Notes under the pieces: model-generated
Told to the model about the DNA's origin: nothing
Database searches by the model: none
Seen by the model: only the letters and a program-made list of their open reading frames with translations
Position numbers and translations under genes: made by a program
Shown: one piece after another, positions 62,138 to 64,000 of the stretch
How the letters are laid out: each line of letters begins with the position of its first letter
Position numbering within the stretch: position 1 is the stretch's first letter
Source: Raillietiella orientalis
Taxonomy: Eukaryota
Direction of reading: 5' to 3'
Length of the DNA stretch: 64,000 nt
Assembly (NCBI GenBank): GCA_036172245.1
Contig: JAYWIR010000002.1
Span: forward strand, 7,316,001 to 7,380,000

Positions 62138-62385
62138 GGAAGCGTCCCTTCCGGGTTCCCTTCAGAGGAGGAGGAAACGAGACGCGGTTCCCTCGCAAAG
62201 AAATTTTAGGAGCGGATCCCTTCCGAGTCCCCTTCCGAGAAGAAACAGTGGAGCGGCCCCCTCCATGAGGTCTTTCCAGAGAGAACAAGGAAGAGGTGGT
62301 TGCCTTCCGGGTTCCCTTAGGAGACAACAACAGCTTTCCAAGAGCAAGAGGAGCGGACCCCTTCCTCTGGAACCTTCCTGGATTC
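62138..62385 (+). repeat. Degenerate tandem repeats of a GGAGCGGAYCCCTTCCGGGTTCCCTT-like unit
   Basis: Units near 62138, 62208, 62303 and 62350 share CCTTCCGGGTTCCCTT or GGAGCGGA.CCCTTCC. Confidence 0.7.
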
Positions 62386-64000
62386 ATAGGGTGGTCCGTC
62401 AGGGATTATCCCCTGAATTGAAGGGTAATACACACCCTCGTGGGCAGTGTTTGAGGAGATTCGTGAGTCCCCTCTTTCTTCCTCCCCTCCCTGAGGAGGT
62501 GAAGGGTTCTTCAGAATTGTTTGAGAACCAAAAAAAGAAAAAAAAAAGGCCGGAAAGGAAACGAGGAAAACCAAGGAACCCAGAAAGATTCCCACGACCC
62601 AAGTGGAATGTTGAGGACGTAACGACAACAGGTACACTCTTTGAGTGTGTGGTTTAACAGACTTCTCAGTAGGCGCGCTGACTGCGCGTCCCGAGCACGC
62701 TGCTTTCTCCCGTCCTTCTTTCTTTTTTCTTCTGGTTCTCAATGCAGGATTCTGTCATCAGCCGCAGTACCAGAGTTTTGCTTCAAGCCACGAGTGCTTT
62801 CGTTCTTCTAGCATCATGAGCGAAGTTTTTGAAACCCATGCCTCCCCGAGTTTCCGCGGCTGCAGCAGATTCACAGCAAGCGAAGCGCACGCAGCTGCCT
62901 GATCCTCCTCCTCCCTACGAAGCCCCAGCGAGATGAAACTCCGCTGGTCATCGCGCAAATTTCAGCTCCGAGCTGCGCGATCTTTCTCACGGTTCACCCA
63001 CGGGACGTGTCGGTCGAGGTAATTAATGCTGCAGATGCTGACGTCTCCGAAGGTCTTCTTTCGCGTTATTCGAGATTGCAATTTCGAATTGATGCGAGAT
63101 TTTCCTTCTGCTGCGAAATTGTTCGTGCTGAACCTTCCAGAGCTGCCGAAGGTTTCTCGAGGGCTGCTCCTTTCCGACTGTGCTCTTGCTGTTGCACATC
63201 TCTTCCTATTTGCTGCATCTACACGCCGTCTGAGAGGGGTTCCACGTTGGAAACTGTGATCATTTGAGCATAATGAGTTAGTCGAGTTCGTTTTTCGAGT
63301 AGTTACTATGGAGGCGCCATTTCTCATTATTAGTTTCCTTCTTTTCCTTTACGATATGCTTTGGATGTCCGTTTGAGAAAAAGAGAATGCTTCATCCCAG
63401 TTCCCAGATGGGACGCACCTGATTTTCCTTCCTTCCAAGGTGCGCACGTGTACTCCGGAGAACGGATCTGAGTTTGAGGTCTTGAAGTGTGCCGGTCGTG
63501 CAGCACGCGAACATCCGCAGTGTCTGAGTGTTTTTTGGTGAAATTCCAAAGTTCGTTGTAGCCTTCCGTGTGAATCTCGAATTTCTCTCCGAAGTTTTGC
63601 TGCTCCTGGAGGAGTCTCGCGCGAGACTCCAGAGCATGTGTTACGGTTGCAGTTAATTCCATCAGTTCTAAATATTTGATGATTTCCCCATCACTGAGTA
63701 GAGCCAATTTATTTCTGCCCGCTTTTCAGCAAGGTGAAATATGGAAAACTGATTAAATTTAATTTACAAATTACATTATTGCGATTTTTTTCTTTTTACG
63801 AGTGAGTTACTGATCGAATAAGCCAGATACCGAAACGGAGCGTTTCTTGTTAGCTGGGAACTGAGAGTCGCATAGAAGCAATCCAGCAAAAATCTAAAAT
63901 TCGCTGCCCATGTGGCCCTCGAAAGAACCACTCAAAGTCTAGCATCTCATTAATGATTATTTATTCATCAAGAAGAATCGCTAATTGTACGGGAACCTAA

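Noticed and set aside
62962..63707. Minus-strand ORFs 63330-63707 and 62962-63327
   Set aside because: No recognisable motifs or splice support; possibly TE-derived but unassignable.

Overview
Eukaryotic genomic DNA, most likely from an arthropod (possibly a chelicerate; this is inferred from gene content and TE types). Three protein-coding genes can be built by hand. (1) A GT49 beta-1,4-glucuronyltransferase (B4GAT1-like) on +, with two coding exons split by a 10.4-kb intron. (2) A ~1,175-aa uncharacterised multi-pass membrane protein on +, 17 coding exons (46985-53491). (3) A TMEM59/BSMAP-like type I membrane protein on -, 5 exons (56079-55084). Genes 2 and 3 lie in an AT-rich, CpG-poor island (~44-56 kb) with many very short introns (37-62 nt). 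The rest is GC-richer and full of homopolymers, microsatellites and decayed transposons: Ty3/Gypsy, a Tx1/L1-clade LINE, other LINE fragments and a possible DDE_1 transposase. A tRNA-headed SINE-like family occurs in at least 4 copies. One copy is interrupted by a 475-bp hairpin-rich insert with a target-site duplication, and two copies form a near-perfect inverted pair around a structured GC-rich core. A ~160-bp-arm foldback and a near-perfect hairpin lie upstream of gene 2. Most ORFs in the six-frame track are spurious. I found no intact tRNA/rRNA, CRISPR array or convincing ribozyme, and no new system is demonstrated; the best candidates are the structured insert and the inverted SINE pair. 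All family assignments come from motif recall, not database searches.
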